A stretch of DNA of 63,283 bases, the filler included, from Anaerolineae bacterium (GTDB taxonomy: Bacteria > Chloroflexota > Anaerolineae > Epilineales > Epilineaceae), in the NCBI GenBank assembly GCA_029262755.1. It is 4 parts of 4 records of this genome, joined end to end, with 100 filler letters (N's around TTAATTAATTAA, not from the genome) between each part and the next. Parts side by side here need not be neighbours in the genome. Positions count along the whole stretch, not along the records: positions 1 to 13,046 come from JAJCYU010000301.1; positions 13,147 to 40,537 come from JAJCYU010000303.1; 2 more parts are not named here. One strand, 5' to 3'. The notes beneath the pieces were generated by a model that saw only the letters and a program-made list of their open reading frames with translations, did not search any database and had not been told where the DNA came from. Positions 9,342-19,294 of the stretch are shown here, piece by piece. The number at the start of each line of letters is the position of its first letter. Position 1 is the stretch's first letter. The position numbers and the translations under genes are program-made.

Positions 9342-12287
9342 ATGGGGCGGTTGGGTACGTTGCTGCGCACTGTAGGTAGCAGGATTCGTTCGACGATCAC
9401 GGCCGAGGCGTTGCCGGCCGATTCGCGTGCGGAGCCATCCGCTTTGCGGGGGGCCCTCGCGGTCCGCATGTCGCTCGGCCTGTTGGTCGTCGTCGGCGTG
9501 CTCTGGGCAGCCACACGGCCCGACGCTCCGGGCGAGCCTAGCGCGGAGTCCGTAGGCGCGGCGCCATCGGCGCAGGACGAGCTGCCGAAGGCCTGCATGG
9601 ATCCCAACCCCTACTTCGCCACGGCCTGCTACGTGCGCGGCGAGACCTTCGACCACGAGCCGGCCATCGTTGCGTTCCACGACGACCCCGACGAACGGAA
9701 CCACTTCCCTTTGGCCACGATCGGCGAGGTGGGCGCGGTGTGGGGCATGGCCTACGACCCCGTGCGCGATGTGCTCTACGCCGCGGCCTTCCACAAGCGC
9801 AACAGCAAGTTCGGCCCGCTCGGTCCGGGCGGCATCTATGCCGTAGACGTCAACGGGGGCGGGGTGACCGAGCTGCTCACGGTGCCCAATGCAGGCAACG
9901 ACCGCCACGACCCCGAGAACGACTACCAGCCGGATGACCGGGGTCGCGGCTACACCACCGAGACCAGTCTGGGGGACATCGACATCACGGAGGACGGCTC
10001 GGAACTGTTCGTCGTGAACCTCAACGACAAGCGCGTGTACCGCTTCTCGTTGCCGGACGGCCAGTTGATCGGCAGCTTCGAACACGGCGCGAAGGACAAA
10101 TTCTGGCAGCGCGACGCCCGCCCATTCGGCCTCATGGTGCGCGACGGCTGGGTGTATCACGGTGTGGTCAACAGTGCGCGCCGCGGGCAGAATCTAACCA
10201 ACCTGTGGGCCTATGTATACGCCTCCAAGCCGACCGGCAGCGGCATGCGCGAAGTGGCGAGCACCTGGCTCGGCCATCCGCGCCAGGGCAACCATCGCGA
10301 CTGGCAGCCCTGGCCGGAGGACGACGACCAATGGTGGCGCCAATCGCAGTACCCGCACCCGATCCTGACCGATATCGAGCTCACGGACTCCGGCGACATG
10401 ATCCTGGGCATCCGCGACCGCTTCATCGACACGGGCCCGTCCTTGAGCGACGTCTTCCGCCGCGCTGCGGGCGATATCATCCTGGCGCGCAAGGTCGGTG
10501 AGCGGGAATGGGAAGTCGAGGACCTCGCGACCGAAGAGCACTACGACCAGGACACCACCGTGATCCCGGGCCGCAACAACGACTGGAGCGAGCTAGGGGT
10601 CGGCGGCCTGGCCCGCGTGCGCGCGCTTGACGTCGTGGTCAGCAGCGCGGTCAGCCCTTTCCGGGGCTATTCGGACGGCGCCGTGTGGTTCGACAATGCG
10701 GATGGCTCGGACGTCGGCCGCGAGGAGCTACTCTACAACCGCCTCCAACACGAGGGCCCGCAGGGCAAGGCCCAGGGCCTCGGCGACGTCGAGCTGATCT
10801 GCTACACCCCGCCCGAGCCGTCCCCGACCCCGACCGACCTGCCTACCCCGACGCCGACTGCGACCCCCACGGCCAGCAATACACCGCGCGCGTCGGCGAC
10901 GCCCTCGGTTACGCCCACGCCGCGCATGTACGAGATCTACCTGCCCTACGGCGAGGACGAGTGCATCCCGGAGAAGCGCTTCGTCGATGTCGTGCTCGTG
11001 CTGGACCGCTCCACCTCGATGCTGCGCTCCGTAGAGCCGGGCGGCGTCCAGAAGAACGAGGCCGCCATCGCGGCTGCGCGCACCTTCATCGACACGCTCG
11101 CCCTCGAGCCCGATTCGAACGACCCGTACTTACGCCACGACCAGGTCAGCATCGTCGGCTTCAACGACAACGCGTGGATCGAGATCCCGCTCACCAACGA
11201 CCGCGCCGCGGCCGAGAACGCACTTGAGACGATCCGCACGAAGACCCAAGAGGGTACGCGCCTGGACCTGGCCATCCTCGAAGGCCGCAAGCCGCTCGAC
11301 GGCCCCGAGCGCGAGCTGGCCAACGACGCCATCGTCGTGCTGCTCACCGACGGCCTGCCCAACCGCGTGCCCTTCGGTGCAGAATCCACGCAGCCCGCGT
11401 GCACGAGCCAAGAGTGCACCGTGCAGGCCGCGGCCGATGCCGTGAAGGACAAGGGCACAAACTTGTACGCGATCGCGCTCGGCCGCCCGAACGACATCCA
11501 TCCGCTGCTGATGCTGCAGGTGGCCTCGCAGCGCCACCAGTACTACTACGCGCCGCGTCCCGAGGACCTGGCCGGCATCTACCAGATCATCCTCGACACC
11601 TTCACCTTCTGCGGCCGCAAGAACGTGCCGCCGCCCACGCCATGTGTGCCGCAGTATCAGCACGCGGACCTCATCCTGGTGCTAGACACCTCGACGTCCA
11701 TGCAGCGCACCACCCGCGCCGGCCGCACCAAGCTCGCCGCCGCGCTGGAGGCCGCGGGCACCTTCGCCGATTCCTTGTCGCTCGAACGCGACGGCTACGG
11801 TCGTCAAGACCGTCTGGCCATCGTGGGCTTCAACAACACGGCCTGGACCGAGCTGACGCTCAGCGACGACCGCGCACGCATCGACCAGGCGCTCGCGGCC
11901 CTCCCGGCCAAGAGCGCGGAAGGCACGCGCCTGGACCTGGCCTTGCAGCAAGGCATCGCCGCCTGGAACGATTCCTGGCGCTTGCCCGCCAACCGCCCGG
12001 TGCTCGTGCTCCTGACCGACGGCCTGCCCAACCGCGTGCCCTTCGGCCCCGGCTCGACGAGCCCCGCCTGCCCGGACCAAGAGTGCACGGTCCTTGCCGC
12101 GGCAACCGCGGCCAAACGCGCCGGTGCGCGCGTGTTCACGATCGGCCTAGGCCTGCCCGACGACGTCCTGCGCCGGCTGCTCGAGGAGTCCGCGAGCAGC
12201 CCGCGCGACTACGCCTTCGCGCCCGACGCGGAGGACCTCGCGGCGATCTATCGACAGATCGCGGGGCGGGTGCGGGCGTGTCCGTAG
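9342..12287 (+). CDS. Exported protein: N-terminal anchor, beta-propeller-like region, Pro/Thr linker, internal IYLP motif, two vWA domains
   Basis: GGAGG SD before ATG 9342; hydrophobic segment MSLGLLVVVGVLWAA; MIDAS motifs VLDRSTSM and VLDTSTSM, each with EGTRLD and LLTDGLPN. Confidence 0.88.
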   Translation: MGRLGTLLRTVGSRIRSTITAEALPADSRAEPSALRGALAVRMSLGLLVVVGVLWAATRPDAPGEPSAESVGAAPSAQDELPKACMDPNPYFATACYVRGETFDHEPAIVAFHDDPDERNHFPLATIGEVGAVWGMAYDPVRDVLYAAAFHKRNSKFGPLGPGGIYAVDVNGGGVTELLTVPNAGNDRHDPENDYQPDDRGRGYTTETSLGDIDITEDGSELFVVNLNDKRVYRFSLPDGQLIGSFEHGAKDKFWQRDARPFGLMVRDGWVYHGVVNSARRGQNLTNLWAYVYASKPTGSGMREVASTWLGHPRQGNHRDWQPWPEDDDQWWRQSQYPHPILTDIELTDSGDMILGIRDRFIDTGPSLSDVFRRAAGDIILARKVGEREWEVEDLATEEHYDQDTTVIPGRNNDWSELGVGGLARVRALDVVVSSAVSPFRGYSDGAVWFDNADGSDVGREELLYNRLQHEGPQGKAQGLGDVELICYTPPEPSPTPTDLPTPTPTATPTASNTPRASATPSVTPTPRMYEIYLPYGEDECIPEKRFVDVVLVLDRSTSMLRSVEPGGVQKNEAAIAAARTFIDTLALEPDSNDPYLRHDQVSIVGFNDNAWIEIPLTNDRAAAENALETIRTKTQEGTRLDLAILEGRKPLDGPERELANDAIVVLLTDGLPNRVPFGAESTQPACTSQECTVQAAADAVKDKGTNLYAIALGRPNDIHPLLMLQVASQRHQYYYAPRPEDLAGIYQIILDTFTFCGRKNVPPPTPCVPQYQHADLILVLDTSTSMQRTTRAGRTKLAAALEAAGTFADSLSLERDGYGRQDRLAIVGFNNTAWTELTLSDDRARIDQALAALPAKSAEGTRLDLALQQGIAAWNDSWRLPANRPVLVLLTDGLPNRVPFGPGSTSPACPDQECTVLAAATAAKRAGARVFTIGLGLPDDVLRRLLEESASSPRDYAFAPDAEDLAAIYRQIAGRVRACP

Positions 12288-12515
12288 GGGCGAGACGCAT
12301 AGGACGCTACAGGGCCTGGAGCTTCGGCCTTGAGTCGCCAGCCCTATCGTCCCGGCTCGCGGCTTGTTCTAAGTCCATGTAGGACACCGTGCCCGTACTA
12401 GCGGGCTCTGGTGGATGCGTTCTTCCGCGTGATCGGGGGAACCTGGCATCCGTCCCGAGGTGTCTGAATTGTGAGCGGGGCCTGCCCGCCCGCGCTTTCG
12501 GGGGATGGAGGGGAC

Positions 12516-13046
12516 GTGAACGTCAATCGAATGAGGCCTCGTGCCGTGACCGCGACGCAGCGTGGCTCTAACCACTCCCTGCCACGCGCCCTGTTCTTTA
12601 TCGGCCTGGCCGTGCTGGCTGCCTATCTAGCGGGCCGCATCGTGACGCCCGCTCCCGTGGCCGGCCAGGCGCCGCCGCGGGAGGTGCTTGCGCAGACCTG
12701 CCGCACGGACAATCCCTACTTCGTCTCGCCGTGCTATGCGCGTGGCACGGAATGGGACGAGCCGGCGCTCGTGGCGTATCGCAACACCCCGGACAACACG
12801 GACCATCACGTGCTCGCGCGGCATCGCGACATCGGTTCGACCTATGGCGTCGCGGTGGACCCCGACGCGGCCTCGCTCTATGTCGCCGCCTACCACAAGC
12901 GCGGAACGCCCTTTGGGCCGATGGGCATCGGCGGCATCTACCGTCTGGACCTCGCCAGCGGCGTCGTCGAGCAATGGCTCACCGTGCCGGACGTAGGCAC
13001 CGATCGGCATGAGCGCCAGGGCAGCTACTTCCCGGACACCCGGGCA
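12516..13046 (+). CDS. Third paralogue of the propeller(-vWA) family, truncated by the contig end
   Basis: NPYFVSPCYARG, EPALVAY, AAYHKRGTPFGPMGIGGIY and TVPDVGTDRH align with the 9342 and 19295 proteins. Confidence 0.85.
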
Positions 13047-13146
13047 NNNNNNNNNNNNNNNNNNNNNNNNNNNNNNNNNNNNNNNNNNNNTTAATTAATT
13101 AANNNNNNNNNNNNNNNNNNNNNNNNNNNNNNNNNNNNNNNNNNNN
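13047..13146. other. Artificial contig linker
   Basis: 44 N + TTAATTAATTAA (stops in all six frames) + 44 N. Confidence 0.99.
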
Positions 13147-13218
13147 CGTCGTGCTCGACGAGAGTGTGACGACGAATAGGATCGCCATCAACGGGGCAAA
13201 CAAGTGGCGCAGTCGCAT
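13147..13218 (-). CDS. N-terminal signal peptide of an exported protein, truncated by the contig end
   Basis: GAGGAG SD followed by MRLRHLFAPLMAILFVVTLSSSTT. Confidence 0.55.
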
Positions 13219-13357
13219 GGCGCGTCTCCTCGGGGCAGGGGCCGCGGCCATGGTAAGCCCGGCGCGAATCCCGCGCAATGCGACGAATCTCGAGGCGATC
13301 ACACGCGGGTTGGTGCGAGTGGGCGAATGGGTGCGGATCGGTAGTGCGGCGAAAGCG

Positions 13358-14860
13358 CTAGCGCATCCGCCAGAGGCTGTCGACGCGGGGGAGGTTGATG
13401 CGCAGCGGGATCACCCCCGGCCAAACGAAGGTCGCGCCTTCGGCGCGCACCGTCAACGTGAAGGGATCGCCCGGCGCCACGTCGGCCGCGGCGCGCAGCA
13501 GCAGAGGATGCATGCCGCTGCCCGCGCGCGTGATCTCGCTACTGCTGGCCTGGGAGCCGTCCGCGAAGAGCGCCGCACCCTGCAACGTGGCCGATACGAC
13601 CGTGCCCGCCGTCATATTGCCGTAGCGCAGCTCGATCACCGTGGTGCCCAGCTGCTTGAGCATGAGGGTCGGCCAAGGGGGCTCACCGGGCGCGAGCCAT
13701 GGGCCGCTCGGTGTGGGCGTCGCGGTCGGCGTCGGGGTGGAGGTCGGCGTGGGCGACGGCGTAATCGTGGGCGATGGCGTGTTTGTGGGCGTCGGCGTGG
13801 CGGTCGGGAGCGCATCGGGGTCGTGGCGGTAGAGGACGTAGCCGTCGTTGCCGACGGTCCAAACGTGCATCGGACCGGAGACGGCGATGTCGTGCAGCTC
13901 GATGCGCGTCAGCTCCTCGGCCTCGCGCACCCAGGTACGTCCGCCGTCCTTCGTGTGCAGCCGCGTGCCCTCGTCGCCGATGCCGAAACCGGTGAGCAAG
14001 TCGGTGAAGAACAAGCGCTCCGTGGTCTTGCCGGCGCGAAACTGCTCCGTCCACGTGTCGCCGCCGTCGGTCGTGTTGCGAATGTCGGCTCCGCTGATCC
14101 AGCCGTGCAGTGGATCGACGAAGAACAACCCGTAAAAGCGGCGGTTGGAGCCCGAGACGAGCTCGTCCCAGGTCTCGCCGCCGTCGGTCGTACGGAGCAG
14201 CACTTCGTCGCCGCCATGGCCCCAGCCTTGGAGCTCGTCGAGGAAGAACACGACCGAGAGGCCGTCGTTCTCGGGAACCGCGAGGCGCCGCCAGGTGGCG
14301 CCGCCGTCGTCGGTGCGCAGGATGTAGGGTTCGCGCGCCACGGTGACGAACCCGGTGCGGATGTTGAGGAACTGCACGCGGCGCATCTTGTTGCTCTCGC
14401 CGGTCGGTTGCTGTCGCCAGCTGTTGCCGCCGTCATCGGTGCGCAGGACGAGGCCCTTCTGCCCAACAGCCCAACCCGTGTCGCGGCTGATGAAATCCAC
14501 ATCCTCTAGTCGTCGATCGCGTTCCAAGGCCAGGGGAAAGGGCAGCAGCTGCCAGCTCCGGCCACCGTCACGGGTGCGGATCATGACCTCTTTCTCGTCA
14601 AACTCACCCTCACCACCTACCGCCCACCCGTGGGAAGGATCGACGAAGTCCACGCCGCGCAAGGTGCGTTCGGTCGGCGTCTCCTGGATCACCCACGTGC
14701 CCGCCTGCGTGCCGTCGATGTGCGCACGCTGCGCGGAGAGCGCAACGGAAGGCGCGCCCCGTGCTCGCTCGCCGGAGGATGGGGTGATCACGGTCAACGC
14801 GAGCCCCATCGCTACCAGGGACAGGACGAGGGCAATATGGCGAGGACGCAGGCTATACAT
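13358..14860 (-). CDS. Exported YCF48-like/BNR (Asp-box) beta-propeller protein with PT linker and LP-type tail
   Basis: Signal peptide; repeated F-x(4,5)-GWAVG...RTxDGGxSW blades; PTATPTPT linker; ends RINLPRVDSLWRMR. Confidence 0.88.
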   Translation of the reverse strand: MYSLRPRHIALVLSLVAMGLALTVITPSSGERARGAPSVALSAQRAHIDGTQAGTWVIQETPTERTLRGVDFVDPSHGWAVGGEGEFDEKEVMIRTRDGGRSWQLLPFPLALERDRRLEDVDFISRDTGWAVGQKGLVLRTDDGGNSWRQQPTGESNKMRRVQFLNIRTGFVTVAREPYILRTDDGGATWRRLAVPENDGLSVVFFLDELQGWGHGGDEVLLRTTDGGETWDELVSGSNRRFYGLFFVDPLHGWISGADIRNTTDGGDTWTEQFRAGKTTERLFFTDLLTGFGIGDEGTRLHTKDGGRTWVREAEELTRIELHDIAVSGPMHVWTVGNDGYVLYRHDPDALPTATPTPTNTPSPTITPSPTPTSTPTPTATPTPSGPWLAPGEPPWPTLMLKQLGTTVIELRYGNMTAGTVVSATLQGAALFADGSQASSSEITRAGSGMHPLLLRAAADVAPGDPFTLTVRAEGATFVWPGVIPLRINLPRVDSLWRMR

Positions 14861-15175
14861 CGGGCAGGCTCCTGGCGGCCGGCGGTTCGCTGCCCGTGCG
14901 CCGGGCGGTCGGAATCGACCACGGAGCACGGGCCGCATGCTGCGCGGCACGGATGGTTCGGCATCGTCGGCGAGGCGGGGCGGGCGCGGCAGGCTAGCAC
15001 GCGGCGCGATCGACGGTCAAAGGATCGCACGAGCTACCTGTACCTTCGACCAGGTTTCCTCGGCCCAAAAGGAGGGGCGCGAGCGGAACCCAGGGGCGAG
15101 GCGCGCAGGGCTTGGTTCCCGTAGCCTGGACGTGGGTCGACGCTTCCCGCGGCCCACCCGAAAGGAACCAAAGCC

Positions 15176-16027
15176 ATGAAGCACATGCGATCCCACACCA
15201 CGACCGCGCCCACCGCGTTGATCACCGGCGCCTCCCACGGCTTGGGCCGCGTCCTGGCCATCGCCCTTGCCGATCAAGGCTGGCGGTTGCTCATCGACGC
15301 GCGCGGCGAATCCGAGCTCGCCGCTGTCGCGGAGGAACTCTCGTCACGCACCACCGTGCACGCCGTAGCCGGCGACGTGAACGATCCGGAGCACCGCGCC
15401 GAGCTCGCCGCCGCAGCCGAGGCACTCGGCGGCCTCGATGCGGTGGTCAACAACGCCGGCGCGCTCGGTCCATCGCCCTTGCCCGCAATGCTCGACCTCG
15501 CGCCGCAGGACTTCACGCACCTTCTCAACACGAACGTTGTCGCACCGCTCGCCGTGCTGCAGGCGTTGGCGCCGCATATGCACGACGGAGCCCGCGTACT
15601 CAACCTGATCAGCGACGCGGCGTCCCCGGTGTGGCCGGGCTGGGAAGGCTGGGGCGGCTACGGTGCGAGCAAGGCCGCGCTCGAGCGCTGGACCGCCGTA
15701 CTGGCAGCGGAACGACCCGATTGGCGTGTCTACGCGGTCGATCCGGGCGATATGCGCACGCCTATGCACCAGGCCGCCTTCCCCGGAGAGGACATCTCCG
15801 ATCGCCCGATGCCCGAGGCCAGCCTGCCCGGCCTGCTGCGTCTGCTGGCCGGCATGCTGCCGAGCGGCCGCTACGAAGCACGTGTGCTCGCGGCGTGGCC
15901 GGAGGCCGAGCGCTCCTCGGTCGGCTATGCCGACGGGAGTGATCCTTCGGACGCAGATGATCGTACGGACGGGAACGACCCCGTAGCCGAGCCGGCCGAC
16001 GAGGCCGCGATGGCGGTGCACGCATGA
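15176..16027 (+). CDS. Short-chain dehydrogenase/reductase (SDR)
   Basis: TGASHGLG, VVNNAG, catalytic YGASK and VDPGDMRT. Confidence 0.93.
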   Translation: MKHMRSHTTTAPTALITGASHGLGRVLAIALADQGWRLLIDARGESELAAVAEELSSRTTVHAVAGDVNDPEHRAELAAAAEALGGLDAVVNNAGALGPSPLPAMLDLAPQDFTHLLNTNVVAPLAVLQALAPHMHDGARVLNLISDAASPVWPGWEGWGGYGASKAALERWTAVLAAERPDWRVYAVDPGDMRTPMHQAAFPGEDISDRPMPEASLPGLLRLLAGMLPSGRYEARVLAAWPEAERSSVGYADGSDPSDADDRTDGNDPVAEPADEAAMAVHA

Positions 16028-17736
16028 TGGCCCCGACCACGGTCCGCCCGGCCCGCGTGACCACGCCCGCCCGTCCCGACGTTCGGACCGGCCGGCGGAC
16101 GCGACCGCGGACGCGACCGGGTGCGTCGCCGACCGAGGCCCCGTACCCGTACCCGCAGCTGCTGCCGACCTCGAAACCGTCCCCGACGCCAGGTTCCGAT
16201 CCCGACCATGTTCACCAACCGACTCCCGACCCGAGCCTAGATCCAACACCGAACTCCGCACCCGCCGTCAACCCCAACCCCAACCCCAACCCCGATTCCA
16301 ACCCGAACCCCAAGCCGATTCCCATCCCGATCCCGCCGCCGCCCGTCCTCGCCTCCGCTCTCGCGTTCGAGCTTCCGGACGAGCTCGAGGCCAAAGAGCC
16401 ACCCGAAGTGCGCGGATCCGGGCGTGACGACGTGCGGTTGTTGGTCAGCGAGGCGGCGGCCGGCACGCATCGTCACGTCGCGTTTCGCGACCTGCCCTCC
16501 GTGCTCCGCGCCGGGGATCTCGTGGTCGTCAACGCGAGCGCGACGCTGCCCGCCGCGCTGGACGCCCAATTCGAAGGTCGAGCGCCATCGTCAGCGGCCG
16601 GCGCGCGCGACGGAGCCGGCGTGCGCGTTCACCTCTCCACCCGCCTCGCGCCGGGGACGTGGATCGTCGAGCTGCGCAAGCGCGCGGACGGCGGTGGCGG
16701 GCCGGTGCTCGATGCGAAACCCGGTGATCGGCTGCACCTGCGCGGCGGCGGTCGGCTCCGCCTTCAGCGTGCGTGGGACGGACGACCGCCGGGTCCATGC
16801 CGCCGTGCATACGCGCGGGGCGAAACCGGCTCGAGGTCACGGCCGCCGTCGATCCGTACGCGGAACGACGACGCGCACGCCGCCGCGATCGCGGGCGAGA
16901 CTGCGTCCGCCGGCGTCCGCCTCTGGCGCGCCCGCGTGGAGCTGCCGCTACCATTCGCAACCTACCTGGCGCGGCATGGTGCCGCGATCCGCTACGACTA
17001 TGTCACCCGTCCGTGGCCGCTGGCCGCCTACCAGACCGTGTTCGCCGCGGAACCGGGCAGCGCAGAGATGCCCTCGGCGGGCCGGCCCTTCACGCAGCGG
17101 ATCGTCGAGGAGCTCGAAGCCAAGGGGGTGAGCGTTGCGACCATCGTGCTCCACACCGGCGTTGCGAGCCTCGAGGCCGGCGAAGCACCCTACGCGGAAC
17201 GCTTCACCGTCTCAGCGGAGACGGCCCGCGCCGTCAACGCGACGCGCGCGGCGGGCGGGCGCGTGATCGCGGTCGGCACGACGGTCGTGCGCGCGCTGGA
17301 GAGCGCGGCATCGAGCGAGCAAGGCGAGCGCGAACGCTCGGGCTCAGCTACGGCGGCTATATCGGCTTCCGCGTCGACATTGGGCGCGACATTGGGCGCG
17401 GCGCTGGATTCGCTACCGGTTTCGCTGCCGGATTCGCCGGCTGCGACAGGACCCGCACCGACGACCGCAGCGCCGACCGCACCGCCGACCGCACCGCCGA
17501 CCGCGCCCGAACGAGCGGTCGCTGCCTCCGGCTGGACGGAGCGCCTCGTTCACCCGGACGCGAAGCCGCGTCTGGTCGACGGTCTGCTTACCGGACTCCA
17601 CGAGCCACGGGCCACCCACCTGGCGATGCTCGAGGCCTTCGCCGGCCGTGACCGTCTCGTCGAGGCCTATCGCGCGGCGCTGGCCGAACGCTATCTCTGG
17701 CACGAGTTCGGCGACCTGCACCTGGTGCTGCCGTGA
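16024..17736 (+). CDS. QueA-family (SAM:tRNA ribosyltransferase-isomerase-like) protein with low-complexity insertions
   Basis: FELPDELEA, RDDVRLLV, GDLVVVNASATLPA, YQTVFAAEPGSAEMPSAGRPFT, VIAVGTTVVRALES, GLLTGLHEP and YLWHEFGDLHL. It resembles the SDR-linked QueA-like clade, so canonical queA function is not assumed. Confidence 0.85.
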   Translation: MMAPTTVRPARVTTPARPDVRTGRRTRPRTRPGASPTEAPYPYPQLLPTSKPSPTPGSDPDHVHQPTPDPSLDPTPNSAPAVNPNPNPNPDSNPNPKPIPIPIPPPPVLASALAFELPDELEAKEPPEVRGSGRDDVRLLVSEAAAGTHRHVAFRDLPSVLRAGDLVVVNASATLPAALDAQFEGRAPSSAAGARDGAGVRVHLSTRLAPGTWIVELRKRADGGGGPVLDAKPGDRLHLRGGGRLRLQRAWDGRPPGPCRRAYARGETGSRSRPPSIRTRNDDAHAAAIAGETASAGVRLWRARVELPLPFATYLARHGAAIRYDYVTRPWPLAAYQTVFAAEPGSAEMPSAGRPFTQRIVEELEAKGVSVATIVLHTGVASLEAGEAPYAERFTVSAETARAVNATRAAGGRVIAVGTTVVRALESAASSEQGERERSGSATAAISASASTLGATLGAALDSLPVSLPDSPAATGPAPTTAAPTAPPTAPPTAPERAVAASGWTERLVHPDAKPRLVDGLLTGLHEPRATHLAMLEAFAGRDRLVEAYRAALAERYLWHEFGDLHLVLP

Positions 17737-18890
17737 GCGCCGCTACCCCGGCGCAGGTCGTGATCGCGACGACCAAGGGCGTCGTGGTCGCGGCTGTGGA
17801 GGCCGTGGTGGCCGACAGAGGTACGGGTGACAGAGGTGCGACTGACAGAGGAAAGCCGGACAGTGGTACTCCGGACAGTGATGCTCTCGACAGCGGCAAG
17901 CCACTCAGCAGTACGCTTGAGGGCGACAGCGGCCCGGCCCACGCCACCGCCCTTCGCGTCACGGCGCACGGCCTGCGCGAACGCCGCGTGACCGCCGTGA
18001 TCGCGCGCGAGGGCGTGATCCTGGCCGGCACGACGGAGGGTGTCTATCGCTCGGATGATGCGGGCGCGACATGGCGGCCGTCCTCTACCGGGATCGAGCC
18101 CGGTCTACGGCACATACGCGCCTTGGCCTTTCACCCGGAGGTCTCTGATCTGGAGATGGCCGGCAGCGAACCCGCGGCCATCCTGCGCTCGCAGGACGGG
18201 GCCGCGACCTGGTCCGCACGCCCGGAGGTCGCGCAGCTGCGCGCCGACCACGGCTGGTGGCTGCCCTACTCGCCGCGCGACGGCTGCGTGCGCGCCTTCG
18301 CAGCCCGCGGCACATCGATGTGGGCGGCGGTCGAGGTCGGCGGGCTGCTCCGCTCGTTGGATCACGGGCAGTCGTGGCGGCTGATCGCCGGCGGCGACGG
18401 CGCTCCGGCGACGGCCGAAGGACGGTCGCTGCACGCCGACGTGCACGCGGTCTTCGCCCCGTCGGATCGACCCGGCCTGCTGTGGGCGCCGACCGGAGGT
18501 GGGCTCCATCGCTCCGAGGACGACGGCGAAACCTGGCGGCGCGTCCACCCGCGCTACACTCGAGCAGCGTGGGTGGATCCCGCGAATCCGGAGCACCTGC
18601 TCCTCTCGCACGCCGCTGGATCGAACGGCCGCGACGGCGCGCTCGAGGAGACCTTCGACGGGGGCGCAACGTGGAAGGCGTCGAGCGGAAGCCGCGAGAC
18701 GACCTGGGGCGCACGGCTGGCGGAACGCTTCGCGCTGCTGCCCACGGCCGAGAGCGGGAGCCTCTCCTTGCTCGCCGTGCGATCCGACGGAGCGTTGATG
18801 GCCGGGCGCCGCGGACCGGAAGGCGACTGGAGCTGGGCGCGCGTGCTGCGCGAAGCCGGCTACGTGACGGACGTCTTTCGGGCGGAATGA
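17733..18890 (+). CDS. BNR/Asp-box beta-propeller protein with no signal peptide
   Basis: Asp-box repeats RSDDAGATW, RSQDGAATW, RSLDHGQSW, RSEDDGETW and TFDGGATW; GTGA overlap with the upstream gene. Confidence 0.8.
   Translation: MSAATPAQVVIATTKGVVVAAVEAVVADRGTGDRGATDRGKPDSGTPDSDALDSGKPLSSTLEGDSGPAHATALRVTAHGLRERRVTAVIAREGVILAGTTEGVYRSDDAGATWRPSSTGIEPGLRHIRALAFHPEVSDLEMAGSEPAAILRSQDGAATWSARPEVAQLRADHGWWLPYSPRDGCVRAFAARGTSMWAAVEVGGLLRSLDHGQSWRLIAGGDGAPATAEGRSLHADVHAVFAPSDRPGLLWAPTGGGLHRSEDDGETWRRVHPRYTRAAWVDPANPEHLLLSHAAGSNGRDGALEETFDGGATWKASSGSRETTWGARLAERFALLPTAESGSLSLLAVRSDGALMAGRRGPEGDWSWARVLREAGYVTDVFRAE
17814..17918 (+). repeat. Degenerate in-frame 15-bp tandem repeat (about 7 copies, D-[RS]-G-x-x)
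   Basis: gacagaggtacgggt gacagaggtgcgact gacagaggaaagccg gacagtggtactccg gacagtgatgctctc gacagcggcaagcca ctcagcagtacgctt. Confidence 0.8.
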
Positions 18891-19010
18891 GCGCAGGTCG
18901 GGTGCGCGGAGCATTGTAACCCGCGCGCGCTGCATGCTCGAGAAGCACCGATCAATCGCCCGGACGGGCGCGCAAACAAAGACGGCGAGCGGCGAACGAA
19001 GATAATCTTC

Positions 19011-19101
19011 GCCGGTCGCCGGTCGCCGGTCGCCGGTCGCCGGTCGCCGGTCGCCGGTCGCCGGTCGCCGGTCGCCGGTCGCCGGTCGCCGGTCGCCGGT
19101 C
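19011..19101. repeat. Perfect intergenic heptamer microsatellite (GCCGGTC)x13
   Basis: 13 consecutive identical 7-mers counted directly. Confidence 0.97.
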
Positions 19102-19294
19102 GGTCCACGGTACTCGCGGATGTTGCGCGATCGGGCGATGCGCGCATGGCATGCGTGACGACGACCCAAGGACCGTCCGATGTCGGTGCGCCGGTCGCCC
19201 ACCCTTCGCGGTCGGAGGTCACGGAACCCGGTGCTCGCTCGTCGGTGTCCATACAGACGCGTCGGCGCGCCGGCCGGCGTGGAGGAGGAAATCC

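Noticed and set aside
2284..14860. ChlI/ChlD-like and YCF48-like genes taken as evidence of phototrophy
   Set aside because: Both families are widespread in non-phototrophs, and no bch, puf or chlH genes are in the window.
16024..17736. Assigning the symbol queA
   Set aside because: The PSAGRPFT, GLHEP and WHEFGD variants and the SDR linkage point to the QueA-like clade, and no tgt is adjacent.
19011..19101. Possible CRISPR array
   Set aside because: Contiguous 7-mers without spacers, and no cas genes are present.
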